Origin: Octopus bimaculoides
Lineage: Eukaryota
Reading direction: 5' to 3'
Assembly: GCF_001194135.2 (NCBI RefSeq)
Contig: NC_068989.1
Span: 86,819,623-86,856,010 of the forward strand
Length of the DNA stretch: 36,388 bases
Below, one piece after another: positions 35,729 through 36,388 of the stretch; the first letter of the stretch is position 1; the number at the start of each line of letters is the position of its first letter. The notes below the pieces were generated by a model that saw nothing but the letters and a program-made list of their open reading frames with translations, did no database searches and was not told the origin of the DNA. The position numbers and the translations under genes were made by a program.

Positions 35729-35790
35729 GCGATGAGATATGATTCAGGCACTCTTAACTATAAGTCTGTAGTGGAAACAGCTGTAAGCTA
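35729..35790 (+). ncRNA. Possible heavily decayed hammerhead remnant
   Basis: GGAAACAGCTGTAAG (35773-35787) is identical to 808-822, and GCGATGA lies 38 nt upstream; stems I and II are not convincing. Confidence 0.25.
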
Positions 35791-35899
35791 ACGAGGTTCA
35801 GAAGATAATCTTTCCTTTGTCAGCCATTTTCCTCATAAATATATGTTTTTGTTAATGTTACTGTTGTCATAGTTATTCTCGTTATTGGTGTTTGTTGGT

Positions 35900-36304
35900 G
35901 TTTGTTGGTGTTGTGGTTGTGGCTGTTGATGATGATGTTAAAGGTTGTGATGACGGTAAAGAGGTTGATGATGAGGAAGACTATGCGGACGACGATGGCG
36001 TCGTAGGCGACGATGATACTGAAAATGATGTCAGTCACAACGTCGATGATGTTATCGATGACGGTGTGGGGGCAAACGATGACGATGATGACGGTGTGGG
36101 GTCAATGATGACGATGATGATGGCGTAGGAGACAACGACAATGATAATGATGACAACAATGACGACGCGGAGGGGGTGGTGGTAATAACGATGATGACGA
36201 CGATGACCACGACTACTACGACGATGCTGAAGTTGACGATGACGATGAGGTCGATAACAGCAATGATAGTGACGATGGTGGTGATGGCAACAATGATGAC
36301 GGTA

Positions 36305-36353
<49 letters not shown>

Positions 36354-36388
36354 CAGCGACGGCAATAAAGATTCTATCGATGACGACG
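35900..36388. repeat. Degenerate (GAT/GAC/GGT)n trinucleotide low-complexity tract ending in pure (GAT)n
   Basis: Direct reading; pure GAT run at about 36306-36352; stops occur in the acidic frame. Confidence 0.9.

Noticed and set aside
35892-36128. 78-aa Asp-rich ORF
   Set aside because: Degenerate GAT/GAC repeat with stops in the continuing tract; no evidence of coding constraint.

Overview
Eukaryotic, gap-rich, repeat-dense window: about 6.7 kb of Ns in 17 gaps, most abutting (TA)n, with dense (TA)/(CA)/(CT)/(CTAT)/(CTT)/(ATT)/(GAT) microsatellites. The SINE families and microsatellite landscape suggest an octopus genome (inference, not verifiable here). I can support no intact host protein-coding gene; nearly all listed ORFs are microsatellite or N read-through. 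Recognisable content is decayed mobile DNA: tRNA-derived SINEs of about three families (one forming a 4-copy head-to-tail array in ATT repeats), LINE fragments of four clades (Tx1/L1-like x2, CR1-like, R4/Dong-like, RTE-like) and two Tc1/mariner-superfamily transposase remnants. The main unexpected signal is seven dispersed minimal type I hammerhead-ribozyme motifs plus three decayed copies, on both strands: CUGANGA or variant CCGANGA core, stem II, GAAA, a very short self-complementary stem III, then a GUH cleavage triplet. This is the architecture known for Penelope-like-element hammerheads that cleave as dimers. One sits in a ~575 bp foldback carrying an inverted pair. All structures were read by eye; no folding, alignment or database search was run.
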